A stretch of 27,987 bases of DNA from a virus (lineage: Duplodnaviria > Caudoviricetes), in the IMG/VR virus record IMGVR_UViG_3300032125_000016, positions 1 to 27,987 of that record; one strand, given 5' to 3'. The notes under the pieces were generated by a model, which did not search any database, was not told where the DNA came from, and saw only the letters and a list, made by a program, of their open reading frames with translations. A program made the translations under genes and the position numbers. Below, in pieces: positions 7,613-16,781 of the stretch. Numbering within the stretch: the stretch's first letter is position 1; every line of letters begins with the position of its first letter.

Positions 7613-8016
7613 TGGACTTTTATAATCACACCAAGAAGTTGTTCGCTGAGGGCGCCTACACTATTGCCAACCTGAAAGTGGTACTGGTTAGCGGCTACTC
7701 TTTCCTGCCATCCGAGACTGCGCTAACTGCTATCACGGCTGCCGAGGTGTCTGGCAATGGATGGCCTGTCGGTGGTGAGGTGATTGCTAACGCCACTTTA
7801 ACTATCACGACAACCGATGATGCAACACTTGACGGCGATAACATTAGCGTAACGGCAACAGGTGGCGACATTGGCCCCGCTGACGCGCTGGTTATTGTGG
7901 ATGCCACAAGCGGCAAGCCTCTACTCTACTCTGTCTTCCCATCCACTCAGACCGCTGGCGTTGGAACACCTCTTCTTGTCACCTGGGCTGCGGCCGGCAT
8001 TGTTCAGTGGGCCTAA
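7612..8016 (+). CDS. virion structural protein, fibre/spike base candidate
   Basis: FYN..K......LKVVLV...EVSGNGW..GG...TLD.D....TATGG.I...V.W...GI pattern of a widespread phage structural family; TAATG-coupled. Confidence 0.6.
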   Translation: MDFYNHTKKLFAEGAYTIANLKVVLVSGYSFLPSETALTAITAAEVSGNGWPVGGEVIANATLTITTTDDATLDGDNISVTATGGDIGPADALVIVDATSGKPLLYSVFPSTQTAGVGTPLLVTWAAAGIVQWA

Positions 8017-8029
8017 AGGATAGGCGCTA

Positions 8030-8422
8030 GTGGGCTCAAGGCCCGCTAAGCCGTGCGCCTGGCCAGGATGCAATGCACTGGTATCGGGCGCCACTCACTG
8101 CACTGCACATGCCCCTGCAGCTGCAGAGCGTAGAGCCAAGCAGATCAAGCGATCAAACAAAGCTTACAACTCCGTCAGGGACGTGTCAGACGCACGCTAC
8201 AAGCAAGAGAAGTGGCGAAGGCTGAGCATCTACTACCGCCGCCTGCATCCACTGTGCAAGCAGTGTGAGCTAGAAGGCCGCGTGACAGCCTCTCGCATGG
8301 TGGATCACATCAAGCCAACCAAGACCCATCCCGAGTTGTTCTTTGAGTGGAGCAACCTGAGAGCGCTCTGCAACCCCTGCCACAACCGTGTAGGCGAGAA
8401 GGTCGGACTGACCGGAGGCTAA
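8030..8422 (+). CDS. terminase-associated HNH endonuclease (HK97 gp74-like)
   Basis: C..PGC..L.....C..H; PLCKQC...VDHIKP...NLRALCNPCHNR; directly upstream of terS. Confidence 0.9.
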   Translation: MGSRPAKPCAWPGCNALVSGATHCTAHAPAAAERRAKQIKRSNKAYNSVRDVSDARYKQEKWRRLSIYYRRLHPLCKQCELEGRVTASRMVDHIKPTKTHPELFFEWSNLRALCNPCHNRVGEKVGLTGG

Positions 8423-8522
8423 CACGCGCACAGGGGGAGGGGCGGGTTAAAAGTTCCAGTAAAACCCTTCCCGAACGTCGGGGGGAGCCATCTTTTTACG
8501 TCCGCAAAATTCAGGTTTTGAA
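8423..8522. other. probable cos / packaging initiation region
   Basis: Non-coding gap between HNH and terS containing GGGGGAGGGGCGGGTTAAAAGT...TTTTTACGTCCGCAAAATT, the layout I associate with HK97-like cos phages. The exact nick sites cannot be read from sequence. Confidence 0.6.
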
Positions 8523-8903
8523 ATGGCCAGACCGCGCACCCCCACGAACGTGCTGAAAATGAAAGGTTCTTTTGCAAAAGACCCTCAGCGCGAGCGTGAA
8601 GATCCAGATACCGAAAAGCTAAAATCGTGCCCTCTGCACTTGTCGGCTGCTCAACGGGAAATCTGGAAAGATCTTGTGAAGGCTGCGCCTAAGAACGTCA
8701 TCACGGAAGCGGATCGGTTTGCGCTGGAAATATGCTGCGCCCTGCTCGATCAATTCCGGCTTGATCCGGTAGAGTTCACCGCGGCAAAGCTGGTTCGCCT
8801 GGAAACATTGCTGGGCAAATTCGGCATGACGCCATCCGATCGCGCCAAAGTGGCCGGGCCTGTCAAGAAGAAGGCTGGCGGCAACGCATTCGCTGACCTT
8901 TAA
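8523..8903 (+). CDS. terS: terminase small subunit (P27-like)
   Basis: MARPRTPT..LKMKG; P.HLS......W; FGMTPSDRAKV motif. Confidence 0.88.
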   Translation: MARPRTPTNVLKMKGSFAKDPQREREDPDTEKLKSCPLHLSAAQREIWKDLVKAAPKNVITEADRFALEICCALLDQFRLDPVEFTAAKLVRLETLLGKFGMTPSDRAKVAGPVKKKAGGNAFADL

Positions 8904-10612
8904 TGGCTGCAAAAACAGTCTATGCGAACGTTGCGAAGGCGGAAGCCTACGCGCGCGACGTGATATCCGGCAAGATCGTTGCCTGCAAATGGATCAAGCT
9001 GGCCTGCAAGCGTCACATTTCGGATAAACGCAAGGCTCGTAGTAAGGCTTACCCCTACAAGTTTGACCCGGCCAAGGCTGAGAAGGTCGCCAAGTTCCTG
9101 CAGCTACTGCCCCACACAAAGGGTAAGTGGGCCAGCAAACGCGAGCGCATCACCCTTGAGCCATGGCAGCTGTTTTCAGTGTGCATACCTTTCGGCTGGA
9201 TCCAGAAGAAAGACGGCAACCGCCGGTTCCGAACCATCACGGTTTTTGTACCCAGGAAGAACGGCAAGTCAATCATCGGTGGCGGTGTTGGCGTTTACAT
9301 GTTCGCTGCTGACGACGAGTTCGGCGCCGAAGTGTATTCAGGTGCAACAACAGAGAAGCAGGCATGGGAAGTATTCAGGCCCGCAAAGCTAATGGTAGAG
9401 CGAACCCCTGCCCTACAAGAGCACTACGGCGTAGAAGTGAACGCCTCGAATATGTTTCGAATGGAAGACGGCTCGCGCTTTGAGCCTGTCATTGGTAAGC
9501 CTGGCGACGGATCAAGCCCGTCCTGTTCCATTGTCGATGAGTACCACGAGCACCAGGACAGCACACTCTTCGACACAATGGAAACCGGCATGGGTGCCCG
9601 CGAGCAACCGATAATGCTGGTGATTACCACAGCAGGTTCCAGCATTGGCGGACCGTGCCATCTGCTGATACGCGACTGCGAGCGGATGCTGGAGGGCGTG
9701 ATTGATCGCCCGGACCTGTGGGCCATGCTCTACACGATTGACGAAGGCGACGACTGGACGGACGTGAAATCACTGCTAAAGGCCAACCCCAACTACGGAA
9801 TCAGCATCAGCGGCGACTTCCTCGAAGCGCGTCAGCGCGACGCCATGCAATCAGCAGCCAAGCAGGCTACGTTCCGTACCAAACACCTGAACGAATGGGT
9901 CGGCGCAAAGAATGCCTGGCTCAACATGCTGCGCTGGAAGCAATGCCCGGAGCGCAAGAGCCTCAGCGAACTGGAGGGCCGGCCCTGTTACATCGGTCTC
10001 GACCTCGCCAGCAAGGTGGATATTGCCGGCAATCTGCTGGTATTCCCGCCCGTTGATGGCGACCCCCTCTGGCACGTTCACGGCAGGTACTACTTGCCAG
10101 AGGCCAGGGTAATTGAGGAGCTGGACAGCAACACCGGGCGTTATCGAGAGTTCGACGCCTTGGGACTTATGACGCTGACTGACGGCGAGGTGATCGAGTT
10201 CGAAGTTATCAAAGAGGATCTGCGCGAGTTCTCCGGTCGCTTTGATGTGCAGGAGGTTGCATACGATCCTTGGCAGGCCACGCAACTTGCGCAAGAGATG
10301 CAGGCCGAGGGGATGCTCATGGTTGAGGTTCGCCAAACCGTGCAGAACATCTCCGAGCCCATGAAAGAGCTGGAGGCGCTGGTGCTTCGCAAGGTCCTGG
10401 CGCACGGCGACTGCCCAATTCTGACCTGGATGGCGAGCAACGTGGTTGCCAAACTGGACGCGAAGGACAATATCTATCCAAACAAGGAGCGGCCCGAGAA
10501 CAAAATCGACGGCGTTGTTGGTTTGATAATGGCGCTCAGTCGCGCAATCAGTGCAGAGGATACCGGCGACACCGCTGGATTCATCACAAACCCGATCATG
10601 GTAGGAATCTAA
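8903..10612 (+). CDS. terL: terminase large subunit
   Basis: LEPWQ, Walker A PRKNGKS, Walker B SIVDEYHEH, ITTAG, nuclease GLDLAS, YDPWQA and KIDGVV motifs. Confidence 0.97.
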   Translation: MAAKTVYANVAKAEAYARDVISGKIVACKWIKLACKRHISDKRKARSKAYPYKFDPAKAEKVAKFLQLLPHTKGKWASKRERITLEPWQLFSVCIPFGWIQKKDGNRRFRTITVFVPRKNGKSIIGGGVGVYMFAADDEFGAEVYSGATTEKQAWEVFRPAKLMVERTPALQEHYGVEVNASNMFRMEDGSRFEPVIGKPGDGSSPSCSIVDEYHEHQDSTLFDTMETGMGAREQPIMLVITTAGSSIGGPCHLLIRDCERMLEGVIDRPDLWAMLYTIDEGDDWTDVKSLLKANPNYGISISGDFLEARQRDAMQSAAKQATFRTKHLNEWVGAKNAWLNMLRWKQCPERKSLSELEGRPCYIGLDLASKVDIAGNLLVFPPVDGDPLWHVHGRYYLPEARVIEELDSNTGRYREFDALGLMTLTDGEVIEFEVIKEDLREFSGRFDVQEVAYDPWQATQLAQEMQAEGMLMVEVRQTVQNISEPMKELEALVLRKVLAHGDCPILTWMASNVVAKLDAKDNIYPNKERPENKIDGVVGLIMALSRAISAEDTGDTAGFITNPIMVGI

Positions 10613-11919
10613 TGGCCGAAGACAAGAAGCCCGGGCGAGTAAAGAGCGCTCTGCTGAACTGGCTGGGTGTGCCGGTCAACCTATCTACAAAAGGGTTCTG
10701 GAATGATTTTTACGGCACGTCCAGTAGCGGAAAGGCAGTTACGGTTGATGGGGCCCTGCAGCTTTCGACTGTGTGGGCCTGCGTCCGGCTGCTGAGCGAA
10801 ACCGTATCCACGCTACCCCTAAAGCTGTATCGCCGCATGCCAGACGGGTCAAGGGAGTCGGCGAGCAATCACCCCCTATACCGCGTCCTCTGCGTTAAAC
10901 CCAACGCCGAAATGACGCCCGGCCGATTCATGTTAGCGATCGTGGCAAGCCTGGTGATGAGGGGCAACGCTTTCGTCGAGAAGAGGTATGTCGGCACTCG
11001 GATCGTTGCCCTAGTTCCGCTGCTCCCTCAGTTGGTAACTTATGAGCGGCTAAAAAGTGGAAAGCTGGAATATACACACACTGAAGATGGCGTAAAACGG
11101 ATCCTGAGTGAATCCCAGATAATGCACATCCGCGGCTTCGGCATGGACGGCGTGGCCGGGATGATGCCAATTCATGCCGGACGTGATGTTATGGGAGCCG
11201 CCATGTCTGCTGATGAAGCCGCTGCTAAGTTCTTCGAGAACGGCATGCAGGCATCAGGCTTTCTGAGTCAGGAATCCGGCACTCTTACGACTCCTCAACG
11301 CGAGGAGTTGCGCAAGAGCTTGACGTCTTTCGCAGGTTCTAAGAACGCCGGAAAATTGATGGTTCTGGAAGGTGGCTTGAAATACCAGGGCGTAACACTA
11401 AACCCCGAAGCCGCCCAAATGCTGCAGACTCGCTCCTTTCAGATCGAGGAAATCTGCCGGTGGTTCCGAGTTCCGCCAATGATGGTCGGGCACATGGAGA
11501 AAGCTTCCAGCTGGGCCAGCAGCGTGGAAGGTATGAACCTGCAGTTTCTCACCAACACATTGCGCCCGCTTCTGGACAACATCGAACAGGAAATAATCCG
11601 CTGCCTTATCGGAGAAGCGGAATCGGAAAGCTACTACGCCGAATTTGCGGTAGAAGGTTTGCTCCGCGCAGACATGTCTGCTCGGCGTGAGTGGTATGCG
11701 AGCGCCCTGCAAAATGGATGGATGAGCCGCAACCGAGTGGCTGCGCTTGAGAACATGCCGCCGATCCCTGGTGGCGATATCCATACCGTGCAATCAAACC
11801 TGATCCCGCTCGACCAGCTTGGCAAGGCGCCAGGCGATAGCGAACAGATGCGCGCCGCGCTTTCTGCCTGGCTGCAACCTACCGACAAAAGCCGGACATC
11901 CGGCAGCTCTGGAGAATAG
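10612..11919 (+). CDS. HK97-family portal protein
   Basis: ALQLSTVWACVRLLSE, HPLY...PN..MT, GNAF, HIRGF..DG..G, EEICRWFRVPP, LLRAD motifs. Confidence 0.96.
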   Translation: MAEDKKPGRVKSALLNWLGVPVNLSTKGFWNDFYGTSSSGKAVTVDGALQLSTVWACVRLLSETVSTLPLKLYRRMPDGSRESASNHPLYRVLCVKPNAEMTPGRFMLAIVASLVMRGNAFVEKRYVGTRIVALVPLLPQLVTYERLKSGKLEYTHTEDGVKRILSESQIMHIRGFGMDGVAGMMPIHAGRDVMGAAMSADEAAAKFFENGMQASGFLSQESGTLTTPQREELRKSLTSFAGSKNAGKLMVLEGGLKYQGVTLNPEAAQMLQTRSFQIEEICRWFRVPPMMVGHMEKASSWASSVEGMNLQFLTNTLRPLLDNIEQEIIRCLIGEAESESYYAEFAVEGLLRADMSARREWYASALQNGWMSRNRVAALENMPPIPGGDIHTVQSNLIPLDQLGKAPGDSEQMRAALSAWLQPTDKSRTSGSSGE

Positions 11920-11922
11920 CCC

Positions 11923-12816
11923 ATGACATTACGAAGCCTTCCGGCAGCGCCGGCGGGGCGTCCGCGCACGGGCGTTTCTTTCGACCTGAAGCCGCAGGCC
12001 CTGGAGCGCTGGAACCCCAGCATTCAGGCAGCACAGGATGAGCCCAACACTATCTCTATCCTTGACGCCATTGGGTACGACGACTGGACAGACGAGGGCG
12101 TTACTGCCAAGCGAATCGGTGAGAGGCTTCGCAGCTTCGGTGGCGAAGACATAACCATCAACATGAACTCCCCTGGTGGAGATATGTTTGAAGGTCTGGC
12201 CATTTACAACATGCTGCGCGAGTACAAAGGCAAGGTCACCGTTAAGGTGCTGGGCCTATCTGCTTCTGCCGCATCAATCGTTGCTATGGCCGCCGATGAA
12301 ATCCAGATTGCTCGCGCTGGTTTTTTTATGATCCACAACAGCTGGACCGTGGCTATGGGCAACCGCCACGAGTTCCGAGAGCTGGCCGACACGCTGGAGC
12401 CTTTTGATGCCGCAATGGCCGACATCTACTCCGCCCGCACAGGGGAAGATGCTGAGGCAATGAAGACGCTGATGGACGGCGAAACATGGATAAACGGATC
12501 TTCCGCTGTCGATCAAGGCTTTGCAGACTCCATGCTCACATCTGACGAAGTAGATCAAGGCGGCAGCGCCTCCGCGAATCTCGCCGCCGCTAAGAAGCTG
12601 GACCTAATACTTGCAAAGCAAGGCATGCCCCGCAGTGAGCGGCGAGCCCTTATTCAAGAAATCAAGTCGAGCACGCCCAGCGCTGCTCGGCCCGGTACGC
12701 ATGACGCTGCCGAAAACCTGGCCGAACAGGCCGAACAGATCGCCGAATTAATCAACGCTTTTCGCGCGGATAGCTCGGCAGCAATCAAAGCAATCGAGGA
12801 TAAATATCATGTCTGA
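11923..12816 (+). CDS. ClpP-type (S14) head maturation protease
   Basis: INMNSPGGDMFEG, GLSASAASIV, FMIHN, ETW...AV..GFAD. Confidence 0.93.
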   Translation: MTLRSLPAAPAGRPRTGVSFDLKPQALERWNPSIQAAQDEPNTISILDAIGYDDWTDEGVTAKRIGERLRSFGGEDITINMNSPGGDMFEGLAIYNMLREYKGKVTVKVLGLSASAASIVAMAADEIQIARAGFFMIHNSWTVAMGNRHEFRELADTLEPFDAAMADIYSARTGEDAEAMKTLMDGETWINGSSAVDQGFADSMLTSDEVDQGGSASANLAAAKKLDLILAKQGMPRSERRALIQEIKSSTPSAARPGTHDAAENLAEQAEQIAELINAFRADSSAAIKAIEDKYHV

Positions 12817-14023
12817 ATCTCAAGAGCTGCTGAACAAGTTCAGCTCCGAGCTTAAGTTGGCCTCCAGCGCTTTTAGCGCCCAAGCCGAAAGCGCCCTGGC
12901 CGAGGCCAAAAAAGCTGGCACTCTTTCAGCAGAAACCAAGTCCTCCGTCGATGAGATGGCGATGAAGTTCAACACACTCACCGAGGCAGAGAAGCAGCTA
13001 AAATCCCAGCTTGGCGAGCTGGAGCAGGAGTTTGCACGCATGCCCGCGCAGAGCTCCGCAGGTTCTCGCGAAAGCCTGGGTTCAACGGTTGTTAAGTCTG
13101 AAGCTCTGGCCGAATTCGCCAAGAGCTTGCAGGGCAATCGCCGCGTCAGCATTCCGGTAAATGCCGCCTTGCTGAGCACCGATGTGGCCGAAGGCGTTGT
13201 TGAGCCTCAGCGCTTGCCCGGCATTGACGTTGCGCCTAAGCAGCGCCTGTTTATTCGTGACCTGATCGCGCCAGGCCGCACCACTTCACCTGCTATATTC
13301 TGGGTGCAGCAGACTGGATTCACCAACAACGCAGCTCCTGTTGGCGAGAACCCTGCTGGCGGCAAGCCCTACAGCGAAATCACTTTCGATACCAAGATCA
13401 CGCCGGTAACCACTATCGCGCACATGTTCAAGGCATCGAAGCAGATCCTGGATGACTTCGCCCAACTGCAATCCACTGTTGATGCAGAAATGCGTTACGG
13501 CCTGAAGTATGTGGAAGAAGCACAGATTCTGTTCGGTGACGGTATCGGCGTGAATCTGAGCGGTATCGTTCCGCAGGCAAGCGCTTACAGTGCCGCATTC
13601 ACCCCTGACGCAATGACTCAGATTGACGAGTTGCGCCTGGCGATGCTGCAGGCTCAGCTGGCACGACTACCCGCGTCCGGTCACATTCTGCACTTCATGG
13701 ATTGGGCGAAAATCGAGCTGAACAAGGATACGCTCGGCCGCTACATCATCGGCAACCCGATGAACCTGGCAGGCCCTAGCCTTTGGGGTCTGCCTGTCGT
13801 CGCCACCGAGATTGCCGCATTCCAGGGCAAGTTCCTGACCGGTGCGTTCCAGACCGGCGCTCAGATCTTTGATCGCGAAGAAGCCAACGTGGTGATCTCC
13901 ACCGAAAACGCTGACGACTTCGAGAAGAACATGATCTCGATTCGCTGCGAAGAGCGGTTGGCGCTGGCAGTAAAGCGCCCCGAGGCGTTCATCTTCGGCA
14001 CATTCACACCTCCTGCCCCGTAA
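12809..14023 (+). CDS. HK97-fold major capsid protein
   Basis: Coiled-coil delta domain; RLFIRDLI, TIAH.FKASKQILDD, Q.LFGDG, LWGLPVV, DFEKNMISIRCEERLALAV.RPEAF. Confidence 0.96.
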   Translation: MSESQELLNKFSSELKLASSAFSAQAESALAEAKKAGTLSAETKSSVDEMAMKFNTLTEAEKQLKSQLGELEQEFARMPAQSSAGSRESLGSTVVKSEALAEFAKSLQGNRRVSIPVNAALLSTDVAEGVVEPQRLPGIDVAPKQRLFIRDLIAPGRTTSPAIFWVQQTGFTNNAAPVGENPAGGKPYSEITFDTKITPVTTIAHMFKASKQILDDFAQLQSTVDAEMRYGLKYVEEAQILFGDGIGVNLSGIVPQASAYSAAFTPDAMTQIDELRLAMLQAQLARLPASGHILHFMDWAKIELNKDTLGRYIIGNPMNLAGPSLWGLPVVATEIAAFQGKFLTGAFQTGAQIFDREEANVVISTENADDFEKNMISIRCEERLALAVKRPEAFIFGTFTPPAP

Positions 14024-14033
14024 CCCCACCTAC

Positions 14034-14057
14034 AGCCAGCCCTTAGCGGGGCTGGCT
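14034..14057 (+). other. 9-bp stem-loop after the capsid gene (mRNA stabiliser or weak terminator)
   Basis: AGCCAGCCC-TTAGCG-GGGCTGGCT, with no T tract. Confidence 0.6.
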
Positions 14058-14071
14058 CTCAGGAGTAACAC

Positions 14072-14260
14072 ATGAAACTGAAAGCACTTAAGCCGTTCTG
14101 GAAGTCGGGCATTGTGATTCTGCCCGGTGAAGATTTTGAAACGCACGAGCAACACGGGCGCGAGCTGGTCACCCGCAATATTGCGCAGGCAGCCACAGAA
14201 GATCAGGCGCCGGCAGAGAAGCCCGCCCTCAAAAGCAAAGCCACAAAAAAGGCTAACTGA
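14072..14260 (+). CDS. small basic head-associated protein
   Basis: AGGAG RBS; PG..FET.EQH.REL pattern and Lys-rich tail, common after HK97-type capsid genes. Confidence 0.7.
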   Translation: MKLKALKPFWKSGIVILPGEDFETHEQHGRELVTRNIAQAATEDQAPAEKPALKSKATKKAN

Positions 14261-14262
14261 TT

Positions 14263-14604
14263 ATGTCCGTGATCAGGATTGAGATCGCCATGAAGCACTG
14301 CCGCGCTGATGAAGACGATGAAAACATGGTGCAGACCTATCTTGACGCGGCAGAAGATTATGCAGCCAAGTACCTGGGCCGCAAGCTTTACCGCGACCAG
14401 TCGGTGCTCGATGCCGCCGTGCTCGCCGAGACTGCCGGAGATGATCCTGTAGCGCTTACGCCGTCGATTGAAGCGGCCTGCCTGCTTATCACCGGGCACC
14501 TGTTTGCGCACCGCGAGGATGTAGTGACGGGATCTATCGCCAGCGCCTTACCCCGCGGGTCTGAGTACTTGCTATTCCCCTACCGCGTAGGGATGGGCGT
14601 CTGA
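14263..14604 (+). CDS. head-tail connector (HK97 gp6-like)
   Basis: K.HCR.D..D......YLDAA......YLGR...I.AACLL..GHLFAHRE...LL.PYR. Confidence 0.9.
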   Translation: MSVIRIEIAMKHCRADEDDENMVQTYLDAAEDYAAKYLGRKLYRDQSVLDAAVLAETAGDDPVALTPSIEAACLLITGHLFAHREDVVTGSIASALPRGSEYLLFPYRVGMGV

Positions 14605-15152
14605 TGCGGGCCGGTGAACTGCGCCACCGCGCCAAAATCCTGGAGCTTGGCCCTAACCTGGGCGTGTCGGTAATCGCGTCCACTTGGGTTGGTATAAAGG
14701 CCAAAGAGTCAGCCGATCCGCCCATGGCGACCAGCCTACGCAGCCCCGCCAGGGTAGAAATTCGCGCACGTTTCAGCGCCAAACTGTTTCAGGGCCGCTA
14801 CCTGCGTCACCGTGAGCGGCTGTTTTACATCACCAGCGCCCGCGATCCGGTAGGCGACAAGTCAGAACTGCGCATTACCGCTGACGAGCTGATCGGCTCG
14901 CCCGCCACTTATCACCCGCAAGGCTTACCCTCGGTCCAGTGTCGAGCGCTGATTCAGCATGAAGCGCCCTGGCTTGACGAGTTCGGCGCCGTGACTAGCT
15001 ACAAGACCCGGGCCGAAGTGGCAATCATTGAGACAGGCCGGGTTCAGGTAGGCGACCAGCTATCACTGTCTGGCGTCACCTATAACGTCATTGCTTACGC
15101 AGACGGCTCGGATGATGGCGTTTTGCGAGGGCTGTGGCTGGAGGCTATCTAA
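14604..15152 (+). CDS. head-tail adaptor / stopper (SPP1 gp16-like) with a second C-terminal domain
   Basis: MRAGELRHR start motif; 182 aa is longer than the usual single domain. Confidence 0.75.
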   Translation: MRAGELRHRAKILELGPNLGVSVIASTWVGIKAKESADPPMATSLRSPARVEIRARFSAKLFQGRYLRHRERLFYITSARDPVGDKSELRITADELIGSPATYHPQGLPSVQCRALIQHEAPWLDEFGAVTSYKTRAEVAIIETGRVQVGDQLSLSGVTYNVIAYADGSDDGVLRGLWLEAI

Positions 15153-15697
15153 TGCAGGTATCGGTCAGAACGTTAGGCTTTGCAGACGCGCAGCGCAGGC
15201 TACGCAATGCTGGCAGAAGGCTCGAACCGGTACTGCGCGGCACGCTCAATACCACGGCAACGAAGACCCGCACCGAGCGAATCATTAAGCCAATGAGATC
15301 AACCATCAAAGGCAAGCGTCTGCGCCAGGCGCTGAAGATCAAGCGGGCCAATACTCGCCGCACAGAGTCGAGAATCATCCCATCTTCCTCGGGAATACTG
15401 ATAGCCGAGTACGCGAAGTGGGGTTACGACTCCATCGACGCCACCAGAGGCCGCATTTGGGTGATGGGTCCGAATGGCAAGAAGCTTGCAGCCGGCTTTG
15501 TTAACCCTTCAAGCGCCGGACGTAAGCCGCTAATCAGTCGCGCATTAAAGCGTGGCAGAAAGGTTCAGGGAGCCATGGGGCCAAGCGCCGCCTACTGGTT
15601 CAAGCAACTGTCAGATAGGGCAACCATAAACTGGACAAATGCTTTTCTGCAAAAAGAATTTAAACGTCGCGTTGAAATCGAGCTGAGGAAAACATGA
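15152..15697 (+). CDS. tail completion protein (lambda gpZ-like)
   Basis: ATG at 15152 overlaps the upstream TAA with a GGAGG RBS (preferred to GTG at 15134); very basic; neck position. Confidence 0.65.
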   Translation: MQVSVRTLGFADAQRRLRNAGRRLEPVLRGTLNTTATKTRTERIIKPMRSTIKGKRLRQALKIKRANTRRTESRIIPSSSGILIAEYAKWGYDSIDATRGRIWVMGPNGKKLAAGFVNPSSAGRKPLISRALKRGRKVQGAMGPSAAYWFKQLSDRATINWTNAFLQKEFKRRVEIELRKT

Positions 15698-16122
15698 GCA
15701 AAGCCACCGACCTGACCGATGCCATAGAGACAGCGCTGGCTGAAATCACCCCTGGCGCGTTCAATACCAATATCAGGGCCGTGTATGGGATTGGCGACGT
15801 AAAGCCCGACAAGGCTCCGCTGCCGTGCTTGCTGGTGCGCATTGAATCCGATGAAAGCCTGGAGCGCGTCGGCGTAAAGGTGAAGCGCTCGGCCCAGTAC
15901 CAGATTGAAGGCGTATTCCCGCGCACCGCGACCTTGCAGGAGCTTCAGTTATGCCACCACGACATTCTAAAAGCGCTGGGCTATGGCCAAAATCTTCCCG
16001 GGCGACCGCTGAAGCCGGGATGGGCTGGCGACGATATCGCCCAGTTCGACCTGAGCGGCGACGGCAGCACGCACCGAACCGTCACGGCCATGATTAGTAT
16101 TGAGTACATCGAAACCTATTAA
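15694..16122 (+). CDS. tail terminator protein (gpU-like)
   Basis: Acidic, 142 aa, LPCLLV and terminal I.Y.E.Y; directly before the tail tube gene. Confidence 0.7.
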   Translation: MSKATDLTDAIETALAEITPGAFNTNIRAVYGIGDVKPDKAPLPCLLVRIESDESLERVGVKVKRSAQYQIEGVFPRTATLQELQLCHHDILKALGYGQNLPGRPLKPGWAGDDIAQFDLSGDGSTHRTVTAMISIEYIETY

Positions 16123-16140
16123 CCCGAATCATTAAACCCC

Positions 16141-16164
16141 AAGCCCGCCATGTGCGGGTTTTTT
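16141..16164 (+). terminator. intrinsic terminator inside the late operon
   Basis: GCCCGC-CATGT-GCGGGT followed by TTTTT. Confidence 0.7.
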
Positions 16165-16184
16165 GTGACCAGAGGAAAAACGCA

Positions 16185-16724
16185 ATGGCTAACTACGCAT
16201 ACATGGGCAAGGGCATTGTGTCCCTCACTCCCGAAGCAGGCGGCACCCCGCGCGACGTGGGCAACGTGTCCTCGCTGCAATTCAACCCCAACGAGAACAT
16301 CATAAAACAGCCGAATTACCGTACAGCCGGCGGTGGCAGTTACGCATCAGTCAGCCGTGTCGAGTCGGTGGAGTTCAGCGCCACACTGCACGACTTGAGC
16401 CCGGAAAACCTGGCTATGGTGTTGTTTGGCACTGTGACTAAAGCCGGTAACGTAGCAACCATTGAGGCGCTGACCACTGGAGCTCAGACTTTTAAGATGG
16501 AATTTGCCGGCGTCAACGAGGTGTCAACAGGCCGCACGGTCACCGTGACCGTGCATCGGGCCAAGATCGGCGCGGCTCAGGGTTTGGGCTTCATCGGTGA
16601 CGACTTCGGCGCGCTTGAGATTACCGGCGAGGTGTTGATTGATACCAGCATCGTCACTGAAGGTCTTTCGCAGTTTTTCAAAGTGGACATGACCCTTGAT
16701 CCGGAAGACGTGCCAGCGCCTTAA
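16185..16724 (+). CDS. major tail (tube) protein
   Basis: AGAGGA RBS before ATG at 16185; Y.GKG.V...RDVGNVS.L...L.D.SPENLAM.LFG...F.G.N...IGDDF..LEITGEVL. Confidence 0.85.
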   Translation: MANYAYMGKGIVSLTPEAGGTPRDVGNVSSLQFNPNENIIKQPNYRTAGGGSYASVSRVESVEFSATLHDLSPENLAMVLFGTVTKAGNVATIEALTTGAQTFKMEFAGVNEVSTGRTVTVTVHRAKIGAAQGLGFIGDDFGALEITGEVLIDTSIVTEGLSQFFKVDMTLDPEDVPAP

Positions 16725-16726
16725 TA

Positions 16727-16755
16727 TTGGCTCTCGCTTCCAGCGGTGATACATT
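16727..16755 (+). promoter_or_regulatory. moron promoter, extended -10 type
   Basis: TTGGCT (16727-16732), 17-nt spacer, TG-A-TACATT (16747-16755). Confidence 0.6.
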
Positions 16756-16781
16756 CCTCCCTATCTATCAGGGAGGAATGT

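Noticed and set aside
8030-8422. HNH as a mobile homing endonuclease
   Set aside because: Size, Cys pattern and position next to cos/terS fit the packaging-associated gp74 type.
14012-14072. Read-through extension of the capsid protein into the in-frame 14072 gene
   Set aside because: A second in-frame TAA at 14066-14068 blocks it.
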